Origin: Isosphaeraceae bacterium
GTDB taxonomy: Bacteria > Planctomycetota > Planctomycetia > Isosphaerales > Isosphaeraceae
Assembly: GCA_965201075.1 (NCBI GenBank)
Contig: CBDAVP010000010.1
Span: 124,001-188,000, forward strand
Reading direction: 5' to 3'
DNA length: 64,000 bases
The first letter of the stretch is position 1. Each line of letters opens with the position of its first letter. The position numbers and the translations under genes are program-made. Positions 30,053 to 39,709 of the stretch are shown here, one piece after another. The notes below the pieces were generated by a model. That model saw nothing but the letters and a program-made list of their open reading frames with translations, was not told the DNA's origin and made no database searches.

Positions 30053-30822
30053 ATGATCCAGGTTAGTCGGCTCTTGCACACCCAGAAGCCCGAGGCCCAG
30101 GAGGCCCTCAAGCGGGCCGGGATCACCGAGGAGATGGACGACCCCGCCGGGCTGATCCAACTCGACAAGCACCTGACCGAGCAGAAGGTCGGGGACCGCC
30201 TGGCGTGGCTCAAGGAGAACAAATCGGGCAGCGAGCGGACGAGGGAAGTGACCGTCGCCTGGCCGCGGAGCGGGACCGGGTGCGGAACCCGCAGTACGTC
30301 AACCACTGCGGCTTCAACATGATCCGCTACGCCCAGGGTGCCATGAGTTGGACGTTCCGTGGCGTCGGCGGGATGAACAACTACCTCGAGAACGAGCCGC
30401 TCGTCGGAGCGATCCCAACCCTCGTCGTCCAGGAGCGGAAGGTCGGAGTGAATGTCGAAAAGCAGTTTCCAGGCATTCGCTCCGACTCCCTGGAAACAAG
30501 ACGAACAGCGTTCGGCAAGTCCGCCGCGGCGGTCCGTGAGATGAAAGGCCACCCGTTCGCCCAGATGGAACTGATCGACATGACTCGCCGAGCCAAGGAC
30601 GGGGTACTGGGCGGCGCGGGCGTCCGGAGCGGCGCACCGGCGGCCGGCGGCCCTGGACTCCAGGACGCCCACGACGCGGCGGCAGCCAGGCAGCAAGAGT
30701 CGACCAATAAATTGTTGTCGCAGATCGCCGCGGGGATGGGCGGTCGGGGTGGCGGCGGTCAAACCGTCGCCCATCACGACTTCTACGAGATCGGCGGCGG
30801 CTTCGGCCCCCGGCGTGCCTGA
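30053..30822 (+). pseudogene. Frameshifted hypothetical protein, possibly a phage tape-measure C-terminal remnant
   Basis: Coding-like fragments in two frames (AQEALKRAGITEEM..; ..QQESTNKLLSQIAAG); lies at the island end opposite the integrase. Confidence 0.35.
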
Positions 30823-30829
30823 GGACTTC

Positions 30830-31360
30830 ATGATGGACACCGCTTCGCTGCCGAGCCCCGAGGTCCGCTGCACGCCTCGGACCTCCGGTAGTCCCGTCGT
30901 CCTGGCCGGAGGCGGCACCTGGCTCCTGCCCCGCGCCGGGTTGGCCCCGATGCTCCGGGGCGTCCAGGACCGGGTCTATGACGACCTGATCTGGTCGAAT
31001 GCCGTAAAGCTCACCATCGTCATGGAGGCGGCCTGGTGCCTCCCGCGAGCGAACTACCGCCTCGACGACGAGGAAACCACGACCCTGTTAATCGGCGCCG
31101 GCCATGGCATGTCGGCCGGAGCGGCCAGGGCGGTCCTCCCCCTCCGGGAATCTTCGCCAGTGGACCACCACGCGGGATCGCCCGGTCGAGGGCCGCGACG
31201 TTCCTCGCCGCCCCGCCCCCGACGGCCAGGCCGTCCTTGCTGCGGCCTTCCAGGGCAGGCCTGGCACTGTGAGCGGCGATGCACTCTTTCCCGCACTGGA
31301 ATCGCCGGATTCGACTCAATTTCAGCCGATTTCGCTGGACGCATTAGCGTTCATAAATGA
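30830..31360 (+). CDS. Hypothetical protein (possibly phage-derived; 3' part probably out of frame)
   Basis: GAGGA RBS overlapping the upstream stop; protein-like first ~105 aa followed by an Arg/Pro-rich tail. Confidence 0.35.
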   Translation: MMDTASLPSPEVRCTPRTSGSPVVLAGGGTWLLPRAGLAPMLRGVQDRVYDDLIWSNAVKLTIVMEAAWCLPRANYRLDDEETTTLLIGAGHGMSAGAARAVLPLRESSPVDHHAGSPGRGPRRSSPPRPRRPGRPCCGLPGQAWHCERRCTLSRTGIAGFDSISADFAGRISVHK

Positions 31361-31422
31361 CATATCTTATTTATTCTGAGAGATTTGTAGATCGATAGTT
31401 GTCTGGGAGTCCACCACTTAAC

Positions 31423-31471
31423 CCATCTTCACATGGTGGAAGTCACTGGTTCGAATCCAGTGTCGTCCAAT
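31423..31471 (+). repeat. att direct repeat, right copy (displaced 3' part of tRNA-Val)
   Basis: ccatcttcacatggtggaagtcactggttcgaatccagtgtcgtccaat; three C>T differences from 13815-13863. Confidence 0.9.
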
Positions 31472-31539
31472 CCCAGGTCGTTGTCCAATCGAGAGGAGCG
31501 ACTTGTGCAGAGGGTCTGCGATCGGCGAGCGAAGCGTCG

Positions 31540-31853
31540 ACTGCGGATTTGTCCGGTCCGACGCCCGCCAGACCGCGCGAAGGTCTACGCGAACAACGCG
31601 TTTTCCGTCGCGTCGACGCCACGGGGGTGCTCGAACGGCCACACGGCTTTTCCTCCGAGTCGATCACTCGGAGACGTACCGACCTGGTCTTGCCGCCGGG
31701 GATAGCCCAGACCTCAACCCGTTCGAGCGGCGGTGGGACGGCATGCGCCAGGAGGTGAGGCGGGGCCACTGCCAACGTCAGTCTGACTGGGTTGAGGGAG
31801 GCCTGCGAGCAGTTCCTTGCCGCGATCAACGTCGGAACCGGGATGGTGGTTGA
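31540..31853 (+). pseudogene. IS630-family transposase C-terminal remnant
   Basis: DLVLPP, then a frameshift, then DSPDLNPFERRW, matching the IS630 LPxYSPxLNPIExxW motif. Upstream NNA (for DNA), downstream LREACEQFL. Boundaries approximate. Confidence 0.7.
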
Positions 31854-32006
31854 TCGACCCTAGCCGAAGTTCAGCCTCGAACCGGATTGCGGGGCAAAAC
31901 TCCTGATCGCAACGCGAACCGAGATCAGTAGCCTAGCGTTGCCCGCTCAAAAATCGTCTGCCGAGGAATGCGAAAAGACACCGAACTTTCCGAAGCACTC
32001 GCGAGA

Positions 32007-32080
<74 letters not shown>

Positions 32081-32179
32081 GACGCGTGGGAGCCACGCCT
32101 GGGAAAACTGAGTGTAACGATCCCAAGGTCGGGTCGCAAACCCAAAGACGCCGGATTCGCCGCCGAGGTGCGGTTCGGT

Positions 32180-33748
32180 TCAGGGGTGGCCCGGCGGCAG
32201 CCCGCCCGGGAATCCTCCGGGGAGCTGGTCCATTCCCGGGAAGCCCGCGGGCAGGCCGGGGGGCGGCGGGGCGGGCTTCTCCCCCTTCTTGCGGAGCAGG
32301 GCCTCGCGGTTCAGCACGATCGAGCGGAAGTTGTCGCCCGGCACGACGTAGTACCAGGACAGGAAGCGGTCGGAAAGGTCCTTGACCCGCTTGCGGCCAT
32401 CGTCGAGCTTGCGGTCCCGCTCGGCTTGCTCGGCCTCCTCCCGCTTCGTTTCCGAAGCCTCCATCTCCTTCGCTGCCGGGGTCCCCGGTTCGGGCTGAAA
32501 GGTGTCGTTGGGCAGGGCCGTCGGGGTCTCAACCGGGGGCGGCGTGGGTTCGGGGAGCAGCGACGGGTCGAAGTCAACGGTCACCAGCAGGTAGCGGCTC
32601 TCGACCCCTCCCGCCTTCTTTTCCTCGGAGGCCGAGGCGTCCTTCTTGTCCTTGCCATTGGCGGCCTTCTCGTCCTTCTTGCCGGCGGTCAACTCCTCGC
32701 CGGTGGCGAAGGTGATCTCGCCGAACCGCAAGGTGTAGACGACCCCCTCGTCGGTGCCAACCTTGACGTCCCCCTGGTTGGAGACCAACCCCTCCCTCGT
32801 CGGATAAAACCCCTTGCTGATGAGCGACTGCATCGAGGCTCGGGAGGTCGGGGTCAGCGTGCCCGTCTCCTTGTATTTGCGCAGGTCGCGGGCGACGCCC
32901 TCGGGCATCGGCCGCACACCGGCGATCTTCAGGTCGGCCAGGGCGGTGGTCAGGCTCGTCAGCTTTTCGGAGTTGGCCTCCTCCTCGGCCGGCGGGGGCG
33001 GGTCGAGCGTCCAGGGGGCCGTGGCCGAGAGTCTTGAGGCTCCGAAGACCTCGCCACGGTCGATCGTGCCGGCCTCGGGATCGACCTTGTGATTGTCGAA
33101 GGTCAGACGGCGGATCTTGCCGGCGTCGACCTTCAACAGGTTCGTCTCGATCCAGTCGGAGAACCGGGTCGAGAGGTCGACCTTGACGTTGACCGCGTAG
33201 GTCGGCTTCTGCTCGGGGACGCGAACGTAGCGTTGGTCGGGGTGGTTGGGGACCTCCTTGCCGATGATGAAGTCGGCCAGGACCTTTTGCGTCTTGTTGT
33301 CGATCTGGCTGATCCGCACCCGCTTGCCCACCCCCTCACCACTGGAAACCTTGGGGTCAAGCGGGTCGAGCACGCCGAGTTCCTTGTGGTCCGAGGCCAG
33401 GGTCGAGCGGATCGACTCCTTGCGCAGGTCGATCACCCCCGAAGCCGTGTTCTTGAGCCGGTCCTTGGCATCGGCCGGGTAGTCGTTGTGCGAGGGGATG
33501 ACCCAACGGCCGTTGCGCAACTGGACCTGGAACGGGACGGCGGTGCCAGTGGTGGGGTCGTAGTCGTAGACCTCCAGCGAGTTGGCGACCAAGGGGTCCT
33601 TGAACTTGGGGAAGAATTCCTGTCCCTGGTCGGAGAACACCGGCTCGGTGGTGGACCGGCCGGGCAGGCGAGCCGCCGCCGCTCCGGCCAGCAGCAGCGC
33701 GCCCACGAGGAAGATCGCGGTCTTCTTGGGCTCGTTCATCGGCGTCAC
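32180..33748 (-). CDS. DUF4340-like exported protein associated with the Gld-type ABC system
   Basis: N-terminal TM/signal, WVIPSHNDYPAD, repeated W...P...A units, Pro-rich tail; located downstream of the GldF/G fusion. Confidence 0.7.
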   Translation of the reverse strand: MTPMNEPKKTAIFLVGALLLAGAAAARLPGRSTTEPVFSDQGQEFFPKFKDPLVANSLEVYDYDPTTGTAVPFQVQLRNGRWVIPSHNDYPADAKDRLKNTASGVIDLRKESIRSTLASDHKELGVLDPLDPKVSSGEGVGKRVRISQIDNKTQKVLADFIIGKEVPNHPDQRYVRVPEQKPTYAVNVKVDLSTRFSDWIETNLLKVDAGKIRRLTFDNHKVDPEAGTIDRGEVFGASRLSATAPWTLDPPPPAEEEANSEKLTSLTTALADLKIAGVRPMPEGVARDLRKYKETGTLTPTSRASMQSLISKGFYPTREGLVSNQGDVKVGTDEGVVYTLRFGEITFATGEELTAGKKDEKAANGKDKKDASASEEKKAGGVESRYLLVTVDFDPSLLPEPTPPPVETPTALPNDTFQPEPGTPAAKEMEASETKREEAEQAERDRKLDDGRKRVKDLSDRFLSWYYVVPGDNFRSIVLNREALLRKKGEKPAPPPPGLPAGFPGMDQLPGGFPGGLPPGHP

Positions 33749-33821
33749 TCATCCCGGAAAGAGGCTGGAGGTTGGGTCGGATCAGATCGGGTCGGGTCGG
33801 ATTGGGTCGATTCGAAAGCGG

Positions 33822-36794
33822 TCAGGCCAGGCGGTTGGGGCTGGCGCCTCGGTTTTCCCTGCGAGAGCGAACGCCCGCGACGACCAGGCCCAGGGCCAGC
33901 GGCAGCAGCGGAGGCAGGGCCAACGCCACGAACTGCGTGTCGCCCTGAAGACGTCGGCGCTTGCTCACCGCCTCGGCCTCGGCCTCCTCGACCTTGCGAC
34001 GCTTGCGGTCCTCGACGTCGACCTTGATCACGCTGGTCAGCCGCCGGTTCTCGACCTCCTGGAGGTTGGACAGCATGATCTCCTTGGTCCGCTCGTCCAG
34101 GTCCTTGCGGGCCTCGACCACCTTGACCTTGGCGTCCAGGTCCTTCTGGGCCCGGTCCAGCTCCTCTCGGGCGGCATCCTCGGCGGCCTTTTCTTCCTTC
34201 TGTCGCTGGGTCTCGAAAACGCGGGTCTGCTCGTCGAAGGCCGTCAAGGTCCGGTGGGTCGGTCGCTTCTTACGCAGGCCGAAGAACGCGTCGTCGCCGG
34301 TCAACTCGTCGATGCAGTTGAGCACGAACGAGACGTTGTCGAAGTCCAGGCCCTCGATTCGCTGGCGGCGAAGGTTGAAGAACGTCTCCGACATCAGGTC
34401 AAGGTCGGCGATGGCGATCACCTTGGCCTCGCCCGGCTTGGCGGCCTTGGGCGCATCGGCCGCGTCCCCCTCGGTCGGGGCGAACGGGCCGTCGATCCTC
34501 GCCGCCAGGACGTACGACTTCAGCGACGGCTGGTGGACCCGCCGGGGGTTCAGGCCGCTGAAGCCCATGAAGCCGCGCTCGGCCAGTTCGCCAAAGGGAA
34601 TCGTGCCGCCGAGGTCGTCGGTCTTGACCAGAGGAGTAAACACGGGGGTTCGGGCCCCTCGGTCCTGCAACTGGCCGGCGAACAGGAAGACCAGCTTTTG
34701 CAGCCCGGAGGACGCTGGGTCCTTTTCGTTGAAGGCGTCGGGGTTCTCGGGGGACTTCTGGACGAAGACGAACTCCCGAGGCAGGTCGGTGATCTTGGTC
34801 GGGTTCTCGGGGTTCCAGGTGACCTGATCGGTCGGCCAGTCGAGGTTCAGCAGTTCCAGCAAGGGGCGAAGTTCCCCCTTGGGCTCGGGAGGCGGGCTGC
34901 CGCCGAACATCCCGCCGGCGGGCATCCGGGCCTCGCTCGGCGCAATGGTCGGGTCGGCCGCCGGGAACGGGTCGAGCAGCAGCAACGTCGGCCCCCCCTT
35001 GCGGACAAACGCCGTCAGGGCGTCGATCTGCTTTTGCGGCAGCGACGACGGTTGCGCCACGAGCAGGGCGTCGAGGTCCGAGGGCAACTCCGACTCGGCC
35101 GACACCGTCGAAACGTCGTACTGCTTCTTCAACTCGGTAACGATGGCCCACTCCGAGTCGCGGCCCATCGACCGCATGTCGAAGCCGCCCAGCAACTTGG
35201 CGTCAGTGTTGAGGATGCCCACCTTTTTCCGCTTCGCCCGAGAAACCACGCGGATCGAGCGGGTCAGTTCATATTCGACCGGCAACCCGAGGTCAAAGAA
35301 CGGGATCACCACTTCCTCGGGTCCCGAGGTAAACGCCACGCCCAGGAAAACCTCCGACGACGACTGACGCCCCTCGTCCTGGACCGGCACGCGACGGGGC
35401 TCGATGGCGAACCGCTTCTGGGCATCGCGAGCCTCGGCGCTGAAGCGCTCGGTGTCGACCAGGTTCAGGCGAATCCGGTTCCCACCCCTCGCGGCGATCT
35501 CCCGCAGCAGGTTGACCAGGTGGTCCTTGGTCTCAACGTAATCTCGGGGAACCCGCGGGCTCAGGTACGCCTGGATATAGACCGGGCGGGTCGGGTCAAT
35601 CTTGTCGATCAGGTCGAGGCTCTCTCGCGAAAGGCTGCTGAGATGCTCCTGGCTGGCATCGACCCGCAGGCCACCCCGTCCCATCACGAAGCAGGCCAGC
35701 AACCCCAGGCCCAACCCCAGGCCCAGGTCTCGCAAGAGCGAGGGGACTGGCGAGGCCGAATCGCCATCGGCCGCGGCGAACACCGTCATCCGCAAGACGA
35801 ACAGCAAAAGCCCAACGGCCAGCCCGCCCAGCAAGAGGACCGCCGTGGTGAGGTCGCGAACCGACGAGGCATAGCCCACCATCACGTTCAGGCTAATCAA
35901 CCCCACGGCCACCGCCAGCAACCGAACCAGGGCATGCAGCCCTCGGCCCCGGCTGGTCTCGCCCCCGGCCCACTGACGCCTGGAAAGCAGAACCATGTTC
36001 AGATACAGCAAGCCCACCGCCCACGACAGGAAGTACACCACGCCCGAAACCGTCAACACCCCCGAGGCGAAGTCGCGGAACCGAGAAGGCAGCGCCTGGT
36101 CTTCAAAAACCCGTCGCACCGCGTCGGCCGACCCCACGCCCGGCACCCTCGCCAGCCGCGCGGCCAGCAACGCACCGGCCTGCCCCAGAAAGATCGCCGC
36201 GGCCGACAGTAACCCGCCCAGGATGAACGCCACCGTCGCGTTGGGAGACAGCAACGACGCCACCATCCCCACCGCGATCAGCATCGCGCCCATCAGCCAG
36301 TAGCCCAGGTACGTCGAGGTCAGCACGCTCAGGTCCGGCGACCCCAGCCTCATCAAAATCAACGCATGAGGCAGCAGGAACAGCAGGGCGACGGTAAAAA
36401 TCCCCAGAGCCGCCAGGTACTTGCCGGCCACGACTTCCAGGTCCCGAGCCGGCAGGGTCAACAGCAGCTCGTCGGTCCCCTGCCGTCGTTCGTCGGCCCA
36501 GATCCCCATCGTGATCGCCGGCACGAAAAACAGCAGTAAATACGGCATCCACTCATTCAGCGGGGCGAGGTTGGCCAGGTTGTTGGCGAAAAACGCCGGC
36601 AGGCAGAACTCGACCCACGAGCAAACCAGGACGAACAGCGCGATGAACACGTAGCCGGCCAGGTTGCTGAAATAGCCAAGGAAGTCGCGCCGGAAAATGG
36701 CTGAAATCACGTGGGGACGCAACCCCCGCATCCGCCCCGGGGCCGCGACGAGTCGGCCGGGCGACTGGGCCGGCCTGTTCTGGAGGGTGGTCAC
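33822..36794 (-). CDS. ABC-2 permease (GldF-like) fused to GldG-like auxiliary domain
   Basis: AIFRRDFLGYF, FVPAITMGIWADERRQGTDELLLTLP, GKYLA, EYELTRSI, FVRKGG..LLLLDP, coiled coil, C-terminal TM; GTG 36794 follows GAGG. Confidence 0.85.
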   Translation of the reverse strand: MTTLQNRPAQSPGRLVAAPGRMRGLRPHVISAIFRRDFLGYFSNLAGYVFIALFVLVCSWVEFCLPAFFANNLANLAPLNEWMPYLLLFFVPAITMGIWADERRQGTDELLLTLPARDLEVVAGKYLAALGIFTVALLFLLPHALILMRLGSPDLSVLTSTYLGYWLMGAMLIAVGMVASLLSPNATVAFILGGLLSAAAIFLGQAGALLAARLARVPGVGSADAVRRVFEDQALPSRFRDFASGVLTVSGVVYFLSWAVGLLYLNMVLLSRRQWAGGETSRGRGLHALVRLLAVAVGLISLNVMVGYASSVRDLTTAVLLLGGLAVGLLLFVLRMTVFAAADGDSASPVPSLLRDLGLGLGLGLLACFVMGRGGLRVDASQEHLSSLSRESLDLIDKIDPTRPVYIQAYLSPRVPRDYVETKDHLVNLLREIAARGGNRIRLNLVDTERFSAEARDAQKRFAIEPRRVPVQDEGRQSSSEVFLGVAFTSGPEEVVIPFFDLGLPVEYELTRSIRVVSRAKRKKVGILNTDAKLLGGFDMRSMGRDSEWAIVTELKKQYDVSTVSAESELPSDLDALLVAQPSSLPQKQIDALTAFVRKGGPTLLLLDPFPAADPTIAPSEARMPAGGMFGGSPPPEPKGELRPLLELLNLDWPTDQVTWNPENPTKITDLPREFVFVQKSPENPDAFNEKDPASSGLQKLVFLFAGQLQDRGARTPVFTPLVKTDDLGGTIPFGELAERGFMGFSGLNPRRVHQPSLKSYVLAARIDGPFAPTEGDAADAPKAAKPGEAKVIAIADLDLMSETFFNLRRQRIEGLDFDNVSFVLNCIDELTGDDAFFGLRKKRPTHRTLTAFDEQTRVFETQRQKEEKAAEDAAREELDRAQKDLDAKVKVVEARKDLDERTKEIMLSNLQEVENRRLTSVIKVDVEDRKRRKVEEAEAEAVSKRRRLQGDTQFVALALPPLLPLALGLVVAGVRSRRENRGASPNRLA

Positions 36795-36898
36795 TCGGTC
36801 AATCCTCGGAAAAGTTCGGAAACGGAGCGGCGGGTGCCGCGAACCCCCCGGCAACCGCCCGGCATCGGGCCGGGCCTCAAGGACTCAGCGATCGGAAC

Positions 36899-37627
36899 TC
36901 AGGCGGGTTGGGCGGTCAAACGGTGGAACTGCGCCTCCAGGGCCGGCCCATCCGCGCCAAGCTGCGCGGGAGGCCCGTCAAAGACGATGCGGCCGTCGTG
37001 GATGAAGATCACCCGATCGGCCACCGGCCCCACTTCCTGAAGAATGTGGGTCGAGACCAAAATCGTCTTGGACCGACCAAGGTCGCGGATCAACTGCCGC
37101 ACGCCCACGATCTGGTTCGGATCCAGGCCGCTGGTCGGCTCGTCCAGGATCAAAACCTCCGGGTCGTGCAGCAAGGCCGTGGCCATCGACACCCGCTGAC
37201 GATACCCCTTCGACAACTTACCGATCGGCTTGGTCGCCACCGACCCCAGGGTGCAAAGGCCAATCACCGCGTCAACCCGGTCCCGAAGCGCCGAGCCGGC
37301 CAGGCCTCGGGCCCTGCCGAAGAACTCCAGCAGTTCTCGGGGGGTCATGTCGGGGTAAAGCGGGCCGTTCTCGGGCAGGTAGCCCAGATGCTCGGCCGCC
37401 GCGATGCGGTCCTCCTGGACGTCGATGCCGGCGATCCGGGCAACGCCGCGAGTCGGGGCGATGAACCCCGTCAACAGCCGCATCGTGGTCGACTTCCCCG
37501 CGCCATTGGGCCCGAGAAACGCCACGACCTGGCCCCGGGGAATCCGGAACGAGACATCCTGAACGGCCAGGAACGAGCCGAATTGCTTGCGAAGCCCCTG
37601 GGCCTCGATCATCACGGGCGTGGACAT
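36899..37627 (-). CDS. ABC transporter ATP-binding protein (GldA-like)
   Basis: GPNGAGKST, LSKGYRQRV, ILDEPTSGLDP, STH. Confidence 0.92.
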   Translation of the reverse strand: MSTPVMIEAQGLRKQFGSFLAVQDVSFRIPRGQVVAFLGPNGAGKSTTMRLLTGFIAPTRGVARIAGIDVQEDRIAAAEHLGYLPENGPLYPDMTPRELLEFFGRARGLAGSALRDRVDAVIGLCTLGSVATKPIGKLSKGYRQRVSMATALLHDPEVLILDEPTSGLDPNQIVGVRQLIRDLGRSKTILVSTHILQEVGPVADRVIFIHDGRIVFDGPPAQLGADGPALEAQFHRLTAQPA

Positions 37628-37805
37628 GCCGGAACCATCCTCGCGGAACGACCGACCCCCGCCGAGTCGCGGGGATTCGCACTTCCCGGGCCCAACGGCC
37701 CGACCCTCAATGGCCGCATGATACGCCAGCGGAAACCGCGCCGCAACCGGCCGCGACCGCCCCCTCCCTACGCTCCGAAGCATCCCAAGGATCGCGCCAG
37801 CTCGC

Positions 37806-38777
37806 TCAAAGGGCCGGACAAGCGTCGAAGGCGTCCCGGGCCAGGGCGATCGCACCGTGGACCACGACCTCCTCGCCCAGCGCCGCGGTCACCAGATCGA
37901 AGGTTCCGCGGAAGGGAGGGAAGACCCGCTCATCCAGCGCCTTGCGGATCGGGTCCAGCCAAAGGTCTTCCTCGATGAGCGAGACCCCACCGCCGAGGAT
38001 GATCCGCCGAGGGGCCAGCAGAGTAACGGCGTGGGCCAGGGCCGCGCCCATTGCCGAGGTCGCCCGTCGCAAGACCCGAGCGCCGGGGCCGTCGGGATCG
38101 CGACGGGCCGACTCCGCGACGGTCAACGCCGTCACCCCAGCCACGTCCCCACCCGCCAACGCCCTCAGGTCGCCCAACCCGCCGGTCCCTCGACCCGCCG
38201 CCTCGCGGCCCGAGGCGCCGATCGACCAGCCCGAGGCAACCCCCTCCAGCGTCCGCCGTTCCGAGGAATCTGGCCCATCAACGATCAGGTGGCCGATCTC
38301 CACCGCCCCCGACCCGGCGCCCCGGTAAATCCGCCCATCGACGATGAGCCCACCGCCGATCCCGCTACCAATCGTCAAGTACAGCACCGGCGACAGGCCA
38401 ATTCCAGCGCCAAACCGGGCCTCGGCCAGCGCGGCGGTGTCGGCGTCGTTATGAATCGACACCAACGGGCATCCCAACGTCTCCCGTACCCAATCGGCCA
38501 GCCCGAACCCATCCCATCCCGCGACCTGGTGCGACCTTGCAACAATCCCCCGCCGAGCGTCGACCGGCCCGCCAAAGCCGATCCCCACCGCATCGACCCC
38601 GCCTCCAGCCAGCGACCTCGCGGCCCCGGCGATTTGAGCCAGGATGCCCGTGGCGCCATCAGCCGGCACGATCGTCCGCCGGACCAGTTCGACGAGGCGG
38701 CCGTCCCCTGGCCCCAGACCAAGCTGGAGCTTGGTCCCGCCAATCTCGATTCCCAGAAACCTCGGCCCGGTCTTCAT
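37806..38777 (-). CDS. ROK family sugar kinase
   Basis: GIEIGGTK, GIGFGGP, HNDADTAALAEARFGAG, TIGSGIGGG, EIGH. Confidence 0.88.
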   Translation of the reverse strand: MKTGPRFLGIEIGGTKLQLGLGPGDGRLVELVRRTIVPADGATGILAQIAGAARSLAGGGVDAVGIGFGGPVDARRGIVARSHQVAGWDGFGLADWVRETLGCPLVSIHNDADTAALAEARFGAGIGLSPVLYLTIGSGIGGGLIVDGRIYRGAGSGAVEIGHLIVDGPDSSERRTLEGVASGWSIGASGREAAGRGTGGLGDLRALAGGDVAGVTALTVAESARRDPDGPGARVLRRATSAMGAALAHAVTLLAPRRIILGGGVSLIEEDLWLDPIRKALDERVFPPFRGTFDLVTAALGEEVVVHGAIALARDAFDACPAL

Positions 38778-38783
38778 CGACGC

Positions 38784-39380
38784 TCAGACCTCGACGGGCC
38801 CGGAAATGCGCCGGTACATGTCGCCAATGAGCCAGTGAAAGGCGACCTGGTGCAGCGACTCCACCACGCCCATGTCGTCGGTGGGAACGTGCAGGTTGTG
38901 GTGGGCCAGCGGCTTGAGCTTGCCGCCACCGAACCCGGTGATCCCCACGGTCGTCAGCCCGTGGCCGTTGGCCCAATCCACCGCCTTGAGGATGTTGGGA
39001 CTGTTGCCCGACCCCGAAATCGCCAGCAGCAGGTCTCCCGGCGAGGCGAGGTTCTTCAACTGTTCGAGGAAGATCCCCTCATAGTTAATGTCGTTGGCCA
39101 CGGCCATGATCCAGGCCGCGTTATCGGTCAGGCTCAGAACCTTCAGGCGCTTCTGGTTCTCGAAGTCGCGCAAGGTGCACTTGGCCAGGTCCTCGCAAAG
39201 GTGCGAGGCATTCGCGCCCGAGCCGCCGTTGCCGCAGATGAAAACGAAGTTCCCAGAATGATACGCCTTCTCGATCAGGTCGGCGACATTCTCCACCTGT
39301 GACGGGTCGAGCCGGCCAATCTCCTCGCAGACCCGATCCAGGTAAGCCTTCACCCCGTACATCGCCCCGTACATCGCCAA
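38784..39380 (-). CDS. gmhA: SIS-domain phosphoheptose isomerase-like protein
   Basis: ICGNGGSGANASH, AVAND..YE.IF..Q, GDLLLAISGSGNSPN, ESLH. Confidence 0.8.
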   Translation of the reverse strand: MAMYGAMYGVKAYLDRVCEEIGRLDPSQVENVADLIEKAYHSGNFVFICGNGGSGANASHLCEDLAKCTLRDFENQKRLKVLSLTDNAAWIMAVANDINYEGIFLEQLKNLASPGDLLLAISGSGNSPNILKAVDWANGHGLTTVGITGFGGGKLKPLAHHNLHVPTDDMGVVESLHQVAFHWLIGDMYRRISGPVEV

Positions 39381-39485
39381 CCCCCCACGGCAACCAACCG
39401 ATCCCGATCCCGGAAACTCGCCGGATTGTACCGCTCAACTCGGGGGCGGGAAAGGATCGGCCCCGGTCGTCCAGGGCCTTTGATT

Positions 39486-39643
39486 TCTCCATTGGCCTTG
39501 AAATCGGGGACTGGCTCCGGCGGCACTCCGCCGGTGCCTGTCCCTCATTCCGGGGCCCGGTGGGCGGCGTGGGAGGGAGATTGAAATCGGGGACTGGCTC
39601 CGCCGGTCCTGTCCCCTTTGGTCCACCCAAAGTGAGAACGAAA
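39486..39643 (+). repeat. Structured intergenic repeat element, copy A (REP/MITE-like)
   Basis: tctccattggcc...ggggac-t-ggc-t-ccggcgg-cact-ccgccgg-t-gcc-t-gtccc; second shortened hairpin near 39589-39616; ends ccacccaaagtgagaacg. Confidence 0.8.
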
Positions 39644-39709
39644 TGACCCTGCCCGGTCGACTATACTCGGGGGCGGAGATCAAGATCACGCCGGTCGAGA
39701 ACGGTCGGG

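Larger units (their letters stand above)
13864..31471. mobile_element. ~17.6 kb decayed genomic island integrated at tRNA-Val(CAC)
   Basis: Bounded by the tRNA and a duplicated tRNA 3' fragment; integrase remnant next to the tRNA; internal IS scar and phage-like fragments. Confidence 0.85.

Noticed and set aside
31423..31471. Second tRNA-Val gene
   Set aside because: Lacks the 5' acceptor strand and D-arm; interpreted as the att repeat
33770..33815. Pentamer-like run (tcggg/tcgga) between ABC genes
   Set aside because: Short, degenerate low-complexity tract with no supportable function
33582..36212. 876-aa plus-strand ORF, and similar long ORFs at 17110, 50449 and 61567
   Set aside because: Antisense shadows of well-supported minus-strand genes
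32180..37627. Gliding motility locus
   Set aside because: Gld-like ABC components occur widely in non-gliding bacteria and no other gliding or T9SS genes are present
39351..39374. 12-bp duplication at the gmhA start (MYGA MYGV)
   Set aside because: Only two copies; affects start-codon choice only
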